DNA of 64,000 nucleotides from Bilabrum cf. latius (taxonomy: Eukaryota): positions 372,001 to 436,000 of the forward strand of contig OZ237774.1 in the NCBI GenBank assembly GCA_965178125.1, given 5' to 3'. The notes beneath the pieces are model-generated. The model made no database searches. It had not been told where the DNA came from and saw nothing but the letters and a program-made list of their open reading frames with translations. Below, one piece after another: positions 36,601-49,450 of this stretch. Positions within the stretch are counted from its first letter, which is position 1; every line of letters starts with the position of its first letter. The position numbers were made by a program, and so were the translations under genes.

Positions 36601-39600
36601 AGAGAGCGTACCCGCCAAGGCGGCGCCCATGCAAACCCGACTCGAAATCTAAAAAGCTCCCGGTGAGCCCCGCCGCGAGTGAGACTTTGGCACTCCGTGG
36701 CGACCAGGCGTTCATCACGGTGAGATCCACGCCGCGACCGCTGGCCCACGCCCTGAACGCAGTGGCGGTGGTCCGCAGCAGCACGTGAACCAGGTCGCAA
36801 GGGCGCGGCACCACGGTCAGCTTGCCCGCCTCGATCTTCTGCAGGGCCGATACGTCGTCCAGCACGGAGATCATCGAATCCGCCGCGGCCCCCATGGAGG
36901 GCAGCACCTCGTCCAGCTCCGATCGGATGCCTCGCAGGTCCGCGATGCACTTGCGAAGCTGGTTGAGCCGAGTAGCTGAAGCTGGCTCTGAAATGCGATC
37001 TGGAGAGGCTTGTGTGTTCATTGGCACGGCGCTTTCGTGGGCCACGGGCACGTTCTACACATCCGTGCGTCCGTTGCCACTGGAGAGTTCCTGCTCCTGC
37101 TTGCCTTCACCCGTCGTTTTCTTTTTTCGTTTCACTACGCGACGGCGCCGCTTCTAGTCAGGTGCTGCATCGCTGCCGGTCGAATCCTGGCGTTTGGTAT
37201 CACTAGCAACTCCGGTCGCTTGTTTAGAGCCGGCATCTGCCGTGGCCTGGTCTGGTCCGGCCGAGCCTTGGTCGAAACCACCCGGCGCTTGCATGCCGTC
37301 CTTTGTGGATGCTGATCGCATCGAATCCACTAGCTGGGCAGGGACGCCCGCCCCCGCAGCCATGCCCCTGAGTGCCTTCAGCACCCCCTTGAGCCTGTTC
37401 TCTGCGTCCTCCACCATGCGCCGCTGGTCCTGGATCTCGGCCAGCCCGAGCACGATCGAATTCAGGGGCTGCCGCACCTCGTGGCTCGTGTACCGGATGC
37501 GGGACACCAACACCTGCCGCCTAAGCTTGGCCGAGTGCGAGACCAGCATCATGGTGGCCTAAAGGGATACGTGACGGTACAGCAGCAGCGCCACGGTGAG
37601 CTTGATCCCGAGATCGAGCAAGGCGGCGACGATAAAGGCCAGGACCGACGCCTCGATCTTGTCCATTTCCCTGTCATCCTCGCCCCAGTGCAGGTGCTGC
37701 GCCCTTGCGATCGCTCTGATGGCGGGCTGAGGGTCTCCTGTGAAGAGGCCGCGGAGATGTGCCCTCGTCACGTGTATGGCCAAGGCAAGATCCGGATCTT
37801 GAGAGCTGTATATCCGATCAAACTCATCGTGCTGGGAGCAGTTCCGGCCGATGGTGGACACCAGCAGGCCCATCTGCCCGCTCTCGACTGCTCTCAGCAC
37901 CTCGGGTGGCAGGTTGGGCGGCAGCATCGATGACGATGCCGGTGCCTGCCCAGTAGCTGACCCGTTGGGTCCACTGCTGTGATCGTCAGGCCGGGCTCGC
38001 TAGAATCCGCCTGCTGTTGTCGCACCTCCAGCATGTAGCTCCGTGCGAATCAGCCAAGGAAAGGCGCAGAACGTGTCCGACAGCACGTCGCCCAAGATGC
38101 CTCGAATCGCGCCCTCGCTCAGGGCATCATCTCCTCCTAGCGGATTGGAAGAGAACGAGGCTGTCCCGCCATTCGTGCTAGATGAGTCGCCGAAATTCGG
38201 ATCCGAGTTGTTCCGGGGGGAGGGCCCTGCAGTGTCGTTCCCTGCACCCTGGGCCGAGTCCCCCAGCAGCAAACCCGCCAGCTGGGCGCTCGCCGCAACC
38301 TGCCCCGTTGCGATCACCTGCGTAAGGGCGACTGCGTGTCCGGTGCGAAAGGGCAGCACGCGGGGGCATTTCTCCCTGAGGTAGGGCACGGGGACCCCGT
38401 ACAGCAGCAGCATCATGAGGCCGGCGAGGGTTAGTCCTTTCAGCAGGGCGGCCACCGCCACGCTGCTTCCCGCCACGTACTTGGTCACTTCCTGCTCGGG
38501 CTCCCAGGGCTTGAGCCGCTTTACCACCTGGCTCTGGTCGTGCTGCTTGGGGGCTGACGGGGCTGAGGTGGCGCCTGCAGCCACAATTTCTGCGCCGTGC
38601 GATGATGCGTTGAGCCCGCCACTGGCAGCTGTCGAGGGCGGCACGTTTCGCTTCTTGTAGTCGGCGGCAAGACGGTCCTGCTCCAAGCCTGCAACACCAC
38701 CGCCACTGCGAACCATGCAGGGTTCTCCAGTAGGTGCTCGAGCTACGCAGCTGGGTGCACTGCATTGTGACAAACCGCACCGGTCCAGCCCGAACTGCCG
38801 TGCAATGCACCCAGCGATCTCGGCGTAACCGTTGGTGCCCCCAGCGACGGGGATACACATGACGGCCAGAAATAGAGACAGCAGGATCAACAGGAGCACT
38901 GCGCCGGAAAAGAACATGTCGGATCTATCGTTCCAGCCCTTGCCAGACCGTGTGGTACCGTACAGGCTCCTCTTTATCGCTGCCTGGTAATCCAATCCGA
39001 GTGTTTCAGCCAGCAGAGCTGGGCTCTCTTCCGCTGCTGCGGTCCCGTAGGCGCGGTCGATGTACCGGATGGATTGCTTCATGGCGCGCCCGATGGAATG
39101 GAGGGAGCGTATCGTTTCATCCCGTCTGCCAACAGCAGTCGACGCGGCATCTGCGCCAGGGCTGGAGCCCGCTAGGCTCCCATCCGCACCTCCTGCGCCC
39201 GCCACGTCATCGGAAGCAAGCAGCTTTCCTACACTCGCGTTAAATGCGATGGCGGACTGGAACGCCGCCAGGTCGGCGATGACCCCCATTTGTTCCCTGC
39301 GGGCCGCGTCCACGGTGCAGTAGAGCTCCGCGCCCTCCTGCCACTCACGGATCGAATCGATCCCCACCACCGTGCGGCCAGGGTAGCTGATCCAGGCCCC
39401 CGAGGTTTCCTCGCCTGGCTCGTCCCCTAGCACCTGCTCCAGTCGAAGCAACTGCTCGCTTGCAACGTCCGACAGATCGACGGCAGGTTGCAACCGGTTG
39501 CTCTCCAGGCCGTCCAGCGCGTCTTTGGCCACGAGGCTCCTCCTCGCCCCCTGCACGATGGACATGAAGGCGTTCACGAATCCGCCAAGCACACTCAGGG

Positions 39601-40676
39601 CCAGAATACCCCACACTGAGTTCCAGCGGCCGCAGCAGCAAGCCCTTCGTGGCTTTGAAGCCTCATCACGCGAGGTACGATCGCACGGGTTGCAGCAAGC
39701 AATGGAAGCCCGGCTAGGGCCGGCCCGCGCACCATCAGCTGGTTGCTTGTCTGGAGCAGCAGCAGCAGCAGCGGCAGTACCCGCCTGATTTTCGTCCTGC
39801 TCGGCCCAACCGCCAACCACCAGCAGCAGCATGGCAGCCGCTGAACCCCCCCAGAGCGCCCGAAGCGTCCCGGTCGCGTTGGGCATGAGCCCGTTGGGCA
39901 GCAGCAAAGCATCCAAGGACACTAGGTCGTGGTGAAGAGTGGCGAGCTGCTGCACGCTTGCAGCGAGGATCATGTACTCTACCAGGGTGGGAAGGAGGGA
40001 CACGGTGGCAACCAGGGCGCCCCTGCGATGGATCGGGTGGCGATGGCAAGTGTGACGAGTGGACACTATCGGGATGGGGGGGGGCAAGAAGCGTAGCTGT
40101 CCCCAGTCGCGTCAGGAGCTGAGGGTGACTTGCGGGCTAGAGGCACGGGTCGGCTAGGCGTGCGGGCGCACCAGCGAATAGATTCCGGACATAGCCATAA
40201 AAATGTACTGGCACAGTGCGGTAGGTGCAATGGCAGCTAGCACTGGCACCGTGTACTTGCGTACTTCTTGCTCACCTAGAAACGAGGGCTTGCATGCTGG
40301 TCGCAAATGCCTACTCCTGGCTGGATTCGTGCGCGCGCTGCAGCGAGGAGCAGCAGCATGCGTACGTGGACACTTTACACCAACTAGGACAAGGCGCGCA
40401 GGATCCGCTCCCGCGAGAATCCCCCGATCCATCGCGGCTGCTCGATTGCTTTCCATCCTGAGCTCCTGCTGAAGAAGGATCGGCGGAGCCGGCGGCGCAG
40501 CACGCTGTGCGCAGCAGAACTGTAATTGAAATTACCACTGCCAAGGCGCAGGCGCCTGCGACCACGTTGTGGACGACCTCGAACACCCGGGACGCTCGCG
40601 CGACCTGTGGGAGCCTTAGGTCATCGCGAGCGATTTCAACGGTTCTCCAGTTCGTAGCAGTGCCTACAGTGCGTAA
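33644..40676 (-). CDS. Second hybrid histidine kinase, inverted (convergent) paralogue; intron 40275-40023; 5' end uncertain
   Basis: Same H/N/G1/G2/receiver motifs. ORFs 38000-40087, 37559-37927, 37154-37552, 35813-37051, 34229-35761 and 33644-34081 share one frame separated by TAG. The intron sits at the position homologous to the + copy. There is an in-frame TGA at 40677-40679 upstream. Confidence 0.85.
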
Positions 40677-41896
40677 TCAAAGGGAATAGATATCATAACG
40701 TATAGTCAGGTTGATGAAGGCCACGCGTCCGTGAGGAGAGTAGGAACGTGTGCTTCGGCAGGAAGCGCTGAGTGTGCTTACGACTGGTGTTTGCCCCTTG
40801 CGTAAGTCCTGCGATACTTCCAACAAGTATGCGTGCATAGCGGAGAATATTTTGGTACTTGACCGGTACAGTAAAAAACTTGCCGTGGAATTACGACAGC
40901 AGTAGCTGATGCGGTCAGTAGCAGCACGCAACGAACTGATCTCACCAGCATCCTAAGCGCCTTGGCCAGCGATGAAAGCTAATCGCGGCCATACTACATC
41001 GTAGGATACTACAGCCTGGTCCGATTTGGCTATCTACTGCCAGTACGGGTTCGCTCCAACCACAGCGGTCCCTGCGCGTGGACCACTGTTGGTGAAGGCG
41101 TTCAACCCGATAAGGAAACACAAAGCCGCAATCGTGCCGGTCACGCAATTAATGCAATACATGGTACCATAATGGTGAGCCCCTATACCACTGGACGGCA
41201 TGAATTCGCCAAGAGGCCCACGCGAGATGCTCGGCAGTCCGACTGAATTCGCTCGGCACCAGTCCAAGTGAAACTGCTGCCGAAGTTAAAGCAAACTGCC
41301 GGCAGGAAGTTAAGCCAGAAATTGATTGTTTCGGTTCTATACTCAATGAACCTGCTGCTATCCTCGTTCTTCCTGGAAATCGAACGACAGGTGGTCAGCA
41401 CAATCCAGCGCAACCAAGACACGGTATCTTCATCTTCCACAATGCCATTTCGGAATTTTTGCGATACCAGCAATTCTCCGACAAGAGCCGAACCAACGGC
41501 TTGAATCGAAACAATCGAAAGAGGGCCAGCGTGTGGTACAACACAATCAAGCATATTAGCTACGGCACTGGATGCGTCTAGGTGGATGCAGATCGGACAC
41601 CATCAGGGCGGAAGAGCCTAGCAGTGGGAGGGCTTGCAAAATGACAGGGAAAGAAGCAAAAAAGAAAGCAAGAACCCAAGCAGCAACAAGATCCAGCACC
41701 GCCTTGGCTGTCTCGCAAGGCTGCGGCAAGGGCATCATGACCCATGGGATATTCGACACCGTGACAGCACCAAGTATAGCGATGCTTAGCTGAAGCATAA
41801 AAAAATCGTCCTCTGGCTCGCCTCGTTATCGTTTCCACCATTTTGTTAGGTAACAGTATCAAATAGCGTTACAAACAATCACGGCCCCAACGGGCA

Positions 41897-42870
41897 TTAC
41901 CGTCCCTTGCCCCACCCCTTCCCCTTGGAAGGGCCCGCGTTGCCTCCCACGTGTCGGAAGTCCAGCGAGAGCAAGCTGAGCTCGTGCATTTTACGGTCGT
42001 TCTCGCTGCGCCTCATCGCTTCAATGAGAGCCTTCTTCCAGCCTCTCACATTCCGCATGGCCTTGGCTTCCCATTCCAGCCGCAGCCACAGCTGCTGAGC
42101 TGCGAGCTTCTCGTCCGGCCTCCCCAGCAGCACGGCTGCCTCGTCTGCGCTCTCCTTCGACTTTCCGGCGTACGATTTGACTTGCGCCTCTCACACTCGG
42201 TCTTGAAGACGTGATCGGGGGTCACCGCACCGGTTCGCTTGAGGGCCTCAATCAGCGAAGCCGCTCCCTTGAGGTCCACCGGCTCGACCACCGAGACAGG
42301 GATGGGGGATGTCCTTGAGGTCCACCGGCTCGACCACCGAGACAGGGATGGGGGATGTCCTTGAGGTCCACCGGCTCGACCACCGAGACAGGGATGGGGG
42401 ATGTCCTTGAGGTCCACCGGCTCGCCCACCGAGACAGGGATGGGGGATGTCCTTGAGGTCCACCGGCTCGCCCACCGAGACAGGGATGGGGGATGTCCTT
42501 GAGGTCCACCGGCTCGCCCACCGAGACAGGGATGGGGGATGTCCTTGAGGTGCACCGGCTCGCCCACCGAGACAGGGATGGGGGATGTCCTTGAGGTCCA
42601 CCGGCTCGCCTACCGAGACAGGGATGGGGGATGTCCTTGAGGTCCACCGGCTCGCCCACCGAGGCAGGGATGGGCGACGCGGGCCAGACAAGCCTTGAGC
42701 ACGCTGGAGGAGCCGCGACACTGCTGGATCTCGATCGTGCGCAGGTCCATGACCTGGCAAGTCTCCTCGTCACATCTTGCAGGCAGGGCGGTCAGATCCT
42801 CGTACACCTTGGAAGGGCCCGCGTTGCCCCCCCTCGGCAGGAACAGGTTGAGGGCCTTGGGTGGCGGATC
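41897..42870 (-). pseudogene. Rearranged, inverted partial copy of the 3' part of the 44248-49040 gene
   Basis: The reverse complement matches ~48437-48790, ~48926-49040 and ~47281-47413 in shuffled order, with a frameshift and an internal 46-bp array. Confidence 0.8.
42267..42674. repeat. Minisatellite, ~9 copies of a 46-bp unit
   Basis: GAGGTCCACCGGCTCG(A/C)CCACCGAGACAGGGATGGGGGATGTCCTT starts at 42271, 42317, 42363, 42409, 42455, 42501, 42547, 42593 and 42639. Confidence 0.95.
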
Positions 42871-42993
42871 AGATCTGCCGATCAATGTCCATAATCAGCC
42901 CAACCATCCGTAAATAACGTATCCACAACAGACACAATCCATTATTATTAATATTTTAAATTCAATTACGAATAAAAAATAAAATAAGAAAAA

Positions 42994-43064
42994 TGACCAC
43001 ACAGGGAATCGAACCCCGGTTCGCTGGACTGGAATCAGCGATGCTGCCACTACACCATACGGTC
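42994..43064 (-). tRNA. tRNA-Trp (anticodon CCA)
   Basis: GACCGTA-TG-GTGT-AGTGGCA-GCAT-C-GCTGA-TTCCAGT-CCAGC-GAAC-CGGGG-TTCGATT-CCCTG-TGTGGTC-A folds as a cloverleaf with GACC/GGTCA ends typical of eukaryotic tRNA-Trp. An oligo-T Pol III terminator follows; flanks are AT-rich. Confidence 0.85.
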
Positions 43065-44247
43065 ACATATACGTTGGTCATTATTAATATATACATTCGT
43101 AATGAGAATGTGCTGAGCAGTTCATGATTTCTTGAATCTAGTTGTTTAGCTGTGACTCTTCGGATGCGTTGATACCCACAATCATGTTACTCATGACAAA
43201 GTATAGTATATTCAAGCTCATGGAGTGTAATTTTGATAGTTTGTCTTTTTGACTAGAGTCTACTGCGTACAATGTTGATGGTTCTCCGCCCACCGGTAGT
43301 GATGCGATTGGATACATCTAGGATGCATCGTACAATATACCCTTTTCCCCCCATTGATACGTGTCGCTGACTGGTCTGATCATCGATATTCATTTATGCC
43401 CTATTCTATCTCGTTTCTTTGCGGCATACGTTTGGCATGCCGTGCTGCGATGAAACGCTAGTACGAGTCCTAATCATAGCCCGTCGGTTGTTTGCTTCTA
43501 TAGAGCGATAAAACGTACCATAATTGCGAGATGTGTGCTACTGTCGGCTATTCGGTGCTGTACTCTGGCAAGATAATGTCTTGCCGGTTGCAGGGGCGCT
43601 CGTCCTCGCACGCCGTTTGGACGTCTGCCATACCCGATCAAGGGGCATAGAGGGCGCTCTATGGCTACACCGATCATTTGAGTCATGTTTCCACTCGAAC
43701 TTGGGTGTATTCCGTTGCTCAGGATCTACCATGAGTCTAGAGCTGGTGCTGCTAGTATTGAATAGGGCGTGTCATTTAGAGGCAACAGCGCGTGGGCACC
43801 AACAGTTAGGAGTTGTTAGGTCCATGTGTTCTCGATGTGTTTGTCTCAATTGGGCTGTGTGTCGATTGCAGGCCTTGCGACCGCGGTTGCCGGCTTGATT
43901 CGGCGACGCACTCGACCTGCGAGGTTCCGGGCAAGTGTTTCGGCTCGCCCAGTGCAAGTTGCCGCCAAGTTTGTCACAATTGACCACTTGACAGAAGGTA
44001 TAACCCTGCCTGACGTTGTCTTCAAATGATGAATCTACATCATGTGCTCGCGGAGAAGCGCCCGCTCTACCAATGAAGCGCAAGAGAGCAACAAGCAGGA
44101 TTAGCACTCCCACTGTGAGACGCCTCAAGCTTCGTATTCGCATGCATACCAGACGGTACCATCGAAGCAGTGATATGTCAACATATATCAAAGGGCAGAT
44201 CAGTGATCGTTGCTACCAGAATACACCATTAAAGACCAAGTTTGCCG

Positions 44248-47200
44248 ATGTCGATGTCGCAGGAAATGGAGCAGAGCGAAAGCAAGCCGCTTTTCCCAAT
44301 CTTCGCTGCGCGGAAACGCGCTCGAAGCGCTCAGAAGGCAGGTGCCATACACGTTCATATGGATCTGCCAACAGGGGACAATTCTGGGTCTGAGAATGAC
44401 CAGCGAGCAGGTGGAGCAAGTGCTGCGCAGGACTCGCTCGCTGTTGCTGCCTGCTCAGCCCGCGCGGTTCAAGCGCACGAGGAGGAAAAATCGGTCGTGC
44501 GAAGTCCAATAGTATCGCGTGAAGTCCAGGAGGCCCTCCATGCACTTGTCGATGAGGCTGACAGGGAGCTCGCCGCGGCCGGGCTATCGCTGGCCGCCCA
44601 CGGCTCGCCCGGCGAGGGCGAAGCGCCGGGCCCCTCCGAGGGGGACGCGCCCGGCTCTCCATTTGAAGACCATGTCTTACATTCTCTTCACTCATGGGCT
44701 GATGAGGCTGACAGGGAGCTCGCCGCGGCCGGGCTATCGCTGGCCGCCCACGGCTCGCCCGGCGAGGGCGAAGCGCCGGGCCCCTCCGAGGGAGACGCGC
44801 CCGGCTCGAGAGTAAAACATGAACAAGATCGGGACTCGTCGAACGATTCCGTGCTACAGGATGAGGCAGAGATTGCCTCTCCCGATGCCCGGGGGGCTGC
44901 AGCAACCGATCCGGACCTCGAGCTCGAGTACGACTCACTGATGGCCTCCCGGGATGCGTCCGGTCTCGTGCCCGACGACCAAGTGCCAGAGGAGGCAAAT
45001 GAGGAAGGCGATGTCCTGCTCGCCTCTCCTTTGGCATCATTAGATGGGAGTGGACAGGCTGTCGGCCCACGCGTACAAGTGGAGGGTGCCATTCGCCTCG
45101 CTGACCTGAGCAACTTGGGGTGCCTCAGGAAGAGCTTCCTCGCCGGCCTCACCCCAAGCGGGGAGGTCCGGGGAGCCGGGAGCACCCTTCAGGACAGGCG
45201 CATTCGGTGCAGCGCGATGTTTTACCAGCTGTCGGGCCGCGATGCACCCGCTGCAGATGGGCTTGCATCGTTCAAAGGCGCGGCCATGCTGCTGCACTCC
45301 TGCAGTCAAGACACGCTGAGGCTGGCCGGAGCCTCGAGCGAAGGTTCGCTGGCAGGCCGGCACGAGCGCCGCCAGGTCATGACCAAGAAGATGCCCTTGC
45401 ACGTGGCCTACAGGGATTTCTGCTGCATAGCTGCGAGTGGCCAGCTCGTGGATGGCGTCTCTGGCCTGATATGTCACAAGGGCGGCGCCGAGGCCGGTAT
45501 GCGGCTCTTTGGCGATGCCCTCCGGATCGACGACTGCGCGCGGAAAGCACAATGGGCGGTTCGTCTCGCGGGAGCAGCGGCGATCGATGGCAATGACGAG
45601 GACGAGGACAAGGAGGAGGAGGAGGAGGAGGAGGAGGAGGAGGAGGAGGAGGAGGAGGAGGCCAGGCCGAGGGCGGTTCTGTTCCTGCCCCACGTGTGCA
45701 AGGAGGAGGACCTTGCGGCCGTGAGAGGCGCCCCCCTCGGCGATGGCAAGATCGATGTGGTGCACGTCCTGGCTCGGGGTGTGGGAGCCTACAGGGCTCT
45801 GTAGACTGTCGCTGCGGATGCCGTGCTCCGCGACTCAATCCGGTATGACCAGTCCGTAGAGTCAGAGGCAGGCGAGGCCGAGGGCAATGGCAAGGGCACG
45901 GTCAAGGGCAACGGGGGTGCAGGCGTAGGCGCCTCGTCATCGTCATTGTCATTGTCATCGTCATCGTCATCGTCATCATCCGCGGCAGCCTCGCACAAAG
46001 ACGCTACTGAGGGCGAGCCAGACATGATCATCATCGACACCTACGTCACCTAGCACACGGCGGACGTGGCCGCTGCTGATGCATCGCCCTCTGGTTCTGT
46101 GTCCTCGCAGCCACCTGGCCCATCGAGCGGAGCAGGCGCTTCCATGGAGCAAGACCAGGCGCAGACACGACAAGAAGAGCAGCAGCAATCCTTGTACGGC
46201 GGAAGCGACAAGCGTGCACCCATCTCGTCGACTGCTTTCTCCGTCGCCACCGCCATCGCCGCCGCCCGCCACATGTACTCGCATGCTGGACGATCGTGGA
46301 ATCCCACCGTCTGCGTGATCCACCCAAGGTTCGAGATGATACCCGAAGACTGCTGCGGCACCGACCTGCAAGCATCGAGCAGCAGTGCTGGGCTGGGAGC
46401 AGCACGCGCCTGGAAGGGCTTGTTGGGTGCCAGTGCCAGTGCCAGCGCCCGTGATCACGCCGTGGCTGCACCCGTATCGGTGGGCAAGGCCTTCCGCGGA
46501 AACGAGCGCGATGCAGCAGCGGCTGCAGCACCCGGCGTAAGCAATCAACGAGACAGGTGGGCCCGCGATTCGGCCGAGGCCACCGTGCTCACGCTTGCTG
46601 AAATCGACGACTGGCTCAATGGGCAGGCCAGTTCCGATGAAGCCGATGCGGATCCAGTCGCGGCGATGCAGGACGACGATGAGGATGAAGATGAGGACGA
46701 AGATGAGGACGAGGATGAGGATGAACTGTTCGGGCTCAAGGCAGTCGCAGGCCCAGCCCGAGGGCACGGGACACAGCAGACGGACGCAAGGGGTCCTCTG
46801 AGCGAGGCAGAGACCCTCGCCGTCTCAATCACCAAGAAGAATTTGCGCGACGCAGCTGTGTCCATGGTCATGTTCTCCACCCCCATGTCTGCTTCGTACT
46901 ATCTGCTGGTCTTTGAGCTTGCCGAAGCCATCGCTGCCTCGGAGCCCCGCTGGGTGAGTCAGCCCGCCGCATTGGACGCCTGCATTTGTCAGCTAGTGAC
47001 CCCATCCTTACCCACCTGCATTTGTCAGCTAGTGACCTAATCATTACCCACCCAACGTCTTGAGTGCTCCCACCGTGCCTGTTTTGCGCACCGCAGCATA
47101 CTTATCGGGGGTTCCTGTCCTATATGAAAAGACTCGCGGCATACTGCAGGGCAGTCAGGCTCGGGAGCGCTTCCAACTACCACGCGGACAGGCTCTTCGG

Positions 47201-49040
47201 TAGGGCTGCCCACCTGGGGGGTGACAGGAGGACGGCGCTCTGCAAGCTAGAGGCAGCGGCGTTCTGCATCACGCAGTCGGTGTACGAGGATCTGACCGCC
47301 CTGCCTGCAGGGTGTGACGAGGAGACTTGTCAGGTCATGGACCTGCGCACGGGCGAGATCCAGCAGAGCCGCGGCTCCTCCAGCGTGCTCAAGGCTTGCC
47401 TGGCCCGCGTCGCCCTCGAGACAGACCCGACCAGCCGCGGGTAGGACCTGGGCATCATGATGGACAGACTCGCCCACATGTACGGCGCCATGCGCGCCAC
47501 CGAGCAGCGCGGGCTCCTTCGGGCTGACCTCAACGACCTCGCCCACGCGTGCGGCCCTCCCTGGCAGCTGCGGGAGGGTGCAGGTGCGTTGGACGGGTCC
47601 TCGTGCGGCTGCATGAAGCTCGATGAAAAGCCAGCATAGCGGCACTGCGGGCACTACTCGGTTGGTTCCGACCTGCAACGCGAGGCCGATACAGAGACAT
47701 GCCGCGATCAAGTAAGTGGTAACAGAGTTGGGTTCATGCTTGCAGGCCAGAGGGTTGGCATCACCAACCGTCTAGCGGTGTACAGGAGCCTGTGCGCGGT
47801 GCGCGGGGATCCCAATGTGATTTCCAAGCTCCTAGTGCTAGTGCGCTCGAAAGAATGGCCCGGCATGGTGCGGAGTGCCAACTAGCTCAGGAGAGTCAGG
47901 CCCACCACTCAGGCCATCAGGCGCAAGCTCCTGCTGCTGCGTGTCTTCCTGCCGCAGCGAGAGATCGACGGAATCGTCGCGAGCTTTCACCCGAGTGCTG
48001 TGTCCAAGTCCAGTTCCAGGAACTTCGCTTCTAAGGGTCGCGGGGGGCAGGGCATCGTGAACGCGTACGCCGTGGCGGCAGCAGTCCGCTTGCTGAACGA
48101 AGCCGCCTCGGCCGGCTACACTGGATGGACGCAAGTCACCGTTGAGGACGTGATGGAGGCAGAGAACGAGAACGAGAATGGCGACCAGCAAGATGGGCAT
48201 GGATCGGCAGATCTCGCTGTGAGGCAGACCCATTCCTCCGTGCGGAAGGCCGCCGCATCCGGTCGGGAGATCAGCCGCCCGGCCCGAGGCGCCCCGCACG
48301 CACGTCCCAGTGCGGTACGGCCCGCGGACAAAGCGCAGAAGACGAGCGCCATGAAGGCATTCAGGCGATCGGGTGCTAGTGCTTGTGCTAATGTTAGTGC
48401 TAGTGCTAGTGCTGGTGCTGGTGCGGGAGGGTAGCCCCCCATCCCTGCTGCGGTGAGCGAGCCGGTGGACCTCAAGGACGCGGCATCGCTGATTGAGGCC
48501 CTCAAGCGAACCGGTGCGGTGACCCCCGATCACATCTTCAAGACCGAGTGTGAGAGGCGCAAGTCGTACGCCGGAAAGTCGAAGGAGAGCGCAGACGAGG
48601 CAGCCGTGCTGCTGGAGAGGCCGGACGAGAAGCTCGCAGCTCAGCAGCTGTGGCTGCGGCTGGAATGGGAAGCCAAGGCCATGCGGAATGTGAGAGGCTG
48701 GAAGAAGGCTCTCATCGAAGCGATGAGGCGCAGTGAGAACGACCGTAAAATGCACGAGCTCAGCTTGCTCTCGCTGGACTTCCGACGCGTCGCACACGGT
48801 GTAGACGCAAATGGCGTGCCGTACGAACTTGCGGCGCTGCGCTCGCTGGAGCGCATTCAGAATACAGGAAATAACGCCAAGTTCATGCTGCGGCGCACTA
48901 TGGACCTGATCAGGCAGGTGTTCCCTGATCCGCCACCCAAGGCCCTCAACCTGTTCCTGCCGAGGGGAGGCAACGCGGGCCCTTCCAAGGGGAAGGGGAA
49001 GGGGAAGGGCAAGGGGAAAGGCAAGGGCAAGGGACGGTGA
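44248..49040 (+). CDS. Uncharacterised ~1,550-aa protein with acidic tracts, an internal duplication and a C-terminal (KG)n tail; intron 46954-47096
   Basis: Frames are open apart from TAG. A phase-0 GTGAGT...CAG intron removes the TAA at 47038 and links the frames. A ~107-bp direct repeat occurs at 44551 and 44701. Ends in TGA. No family recognised. Confidence 0.6.
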
Positions 49041-49450
49041 TGCTCATTTGAGCTATGATGGATTTTGACTGTATTTGATACTACTACCAAATTGACAGAA
49101 GTAATGAGTTGACCCCGAGAACTATATTTTGGATAACCGTTAAGGTTAAGCTTCAGCTAAGCATCGCCTTTACCTCGATAACCGTTCTCGCGCCCAGTGC
49201 CCAAGGGCCAGAGGAGGCAAATGATGACGGCGATTAAAACCTACAAGTCTCCCGCTTATCCGGATATTTACGTAATCTCCAGATAGGAGCGGATAGGCGT
49301 GCGGCACATACGCGCATGTGGAGGATGCCATAAGCATCGCTAAACTGTGCAAGTGGCCTGCCTCGCCTAAGTGGGTGCAAACGCTTCGGTCCTCCATTTG
49401 AGCGGGGGTGCGGTTTTGATGCGGCCCCTGATCATCACCGCCATGGGGCG

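Noticed and set aside
24140-40676. Bacterial two-component operon or recent HGT island
   Set aside because: Both kinases have a spliceosomal intron at a homologous site, host-like GC and in-frame TAGs; hybrid kinases are common in protists.
42267-42674. CRISPR-like array
   Set aside because: Head-to-tail 46-bp units with no unique spacers, no cas genes and a eukaryotic context.
42994-43064. Candidate UAG-decoding (CUA) suppressor tRNA
   Set aside because: The anticodon reads CCA (Trp) in a 7-nt loop and the acceptor ends are Trp-like; no CUA tRNA was seen in this window.
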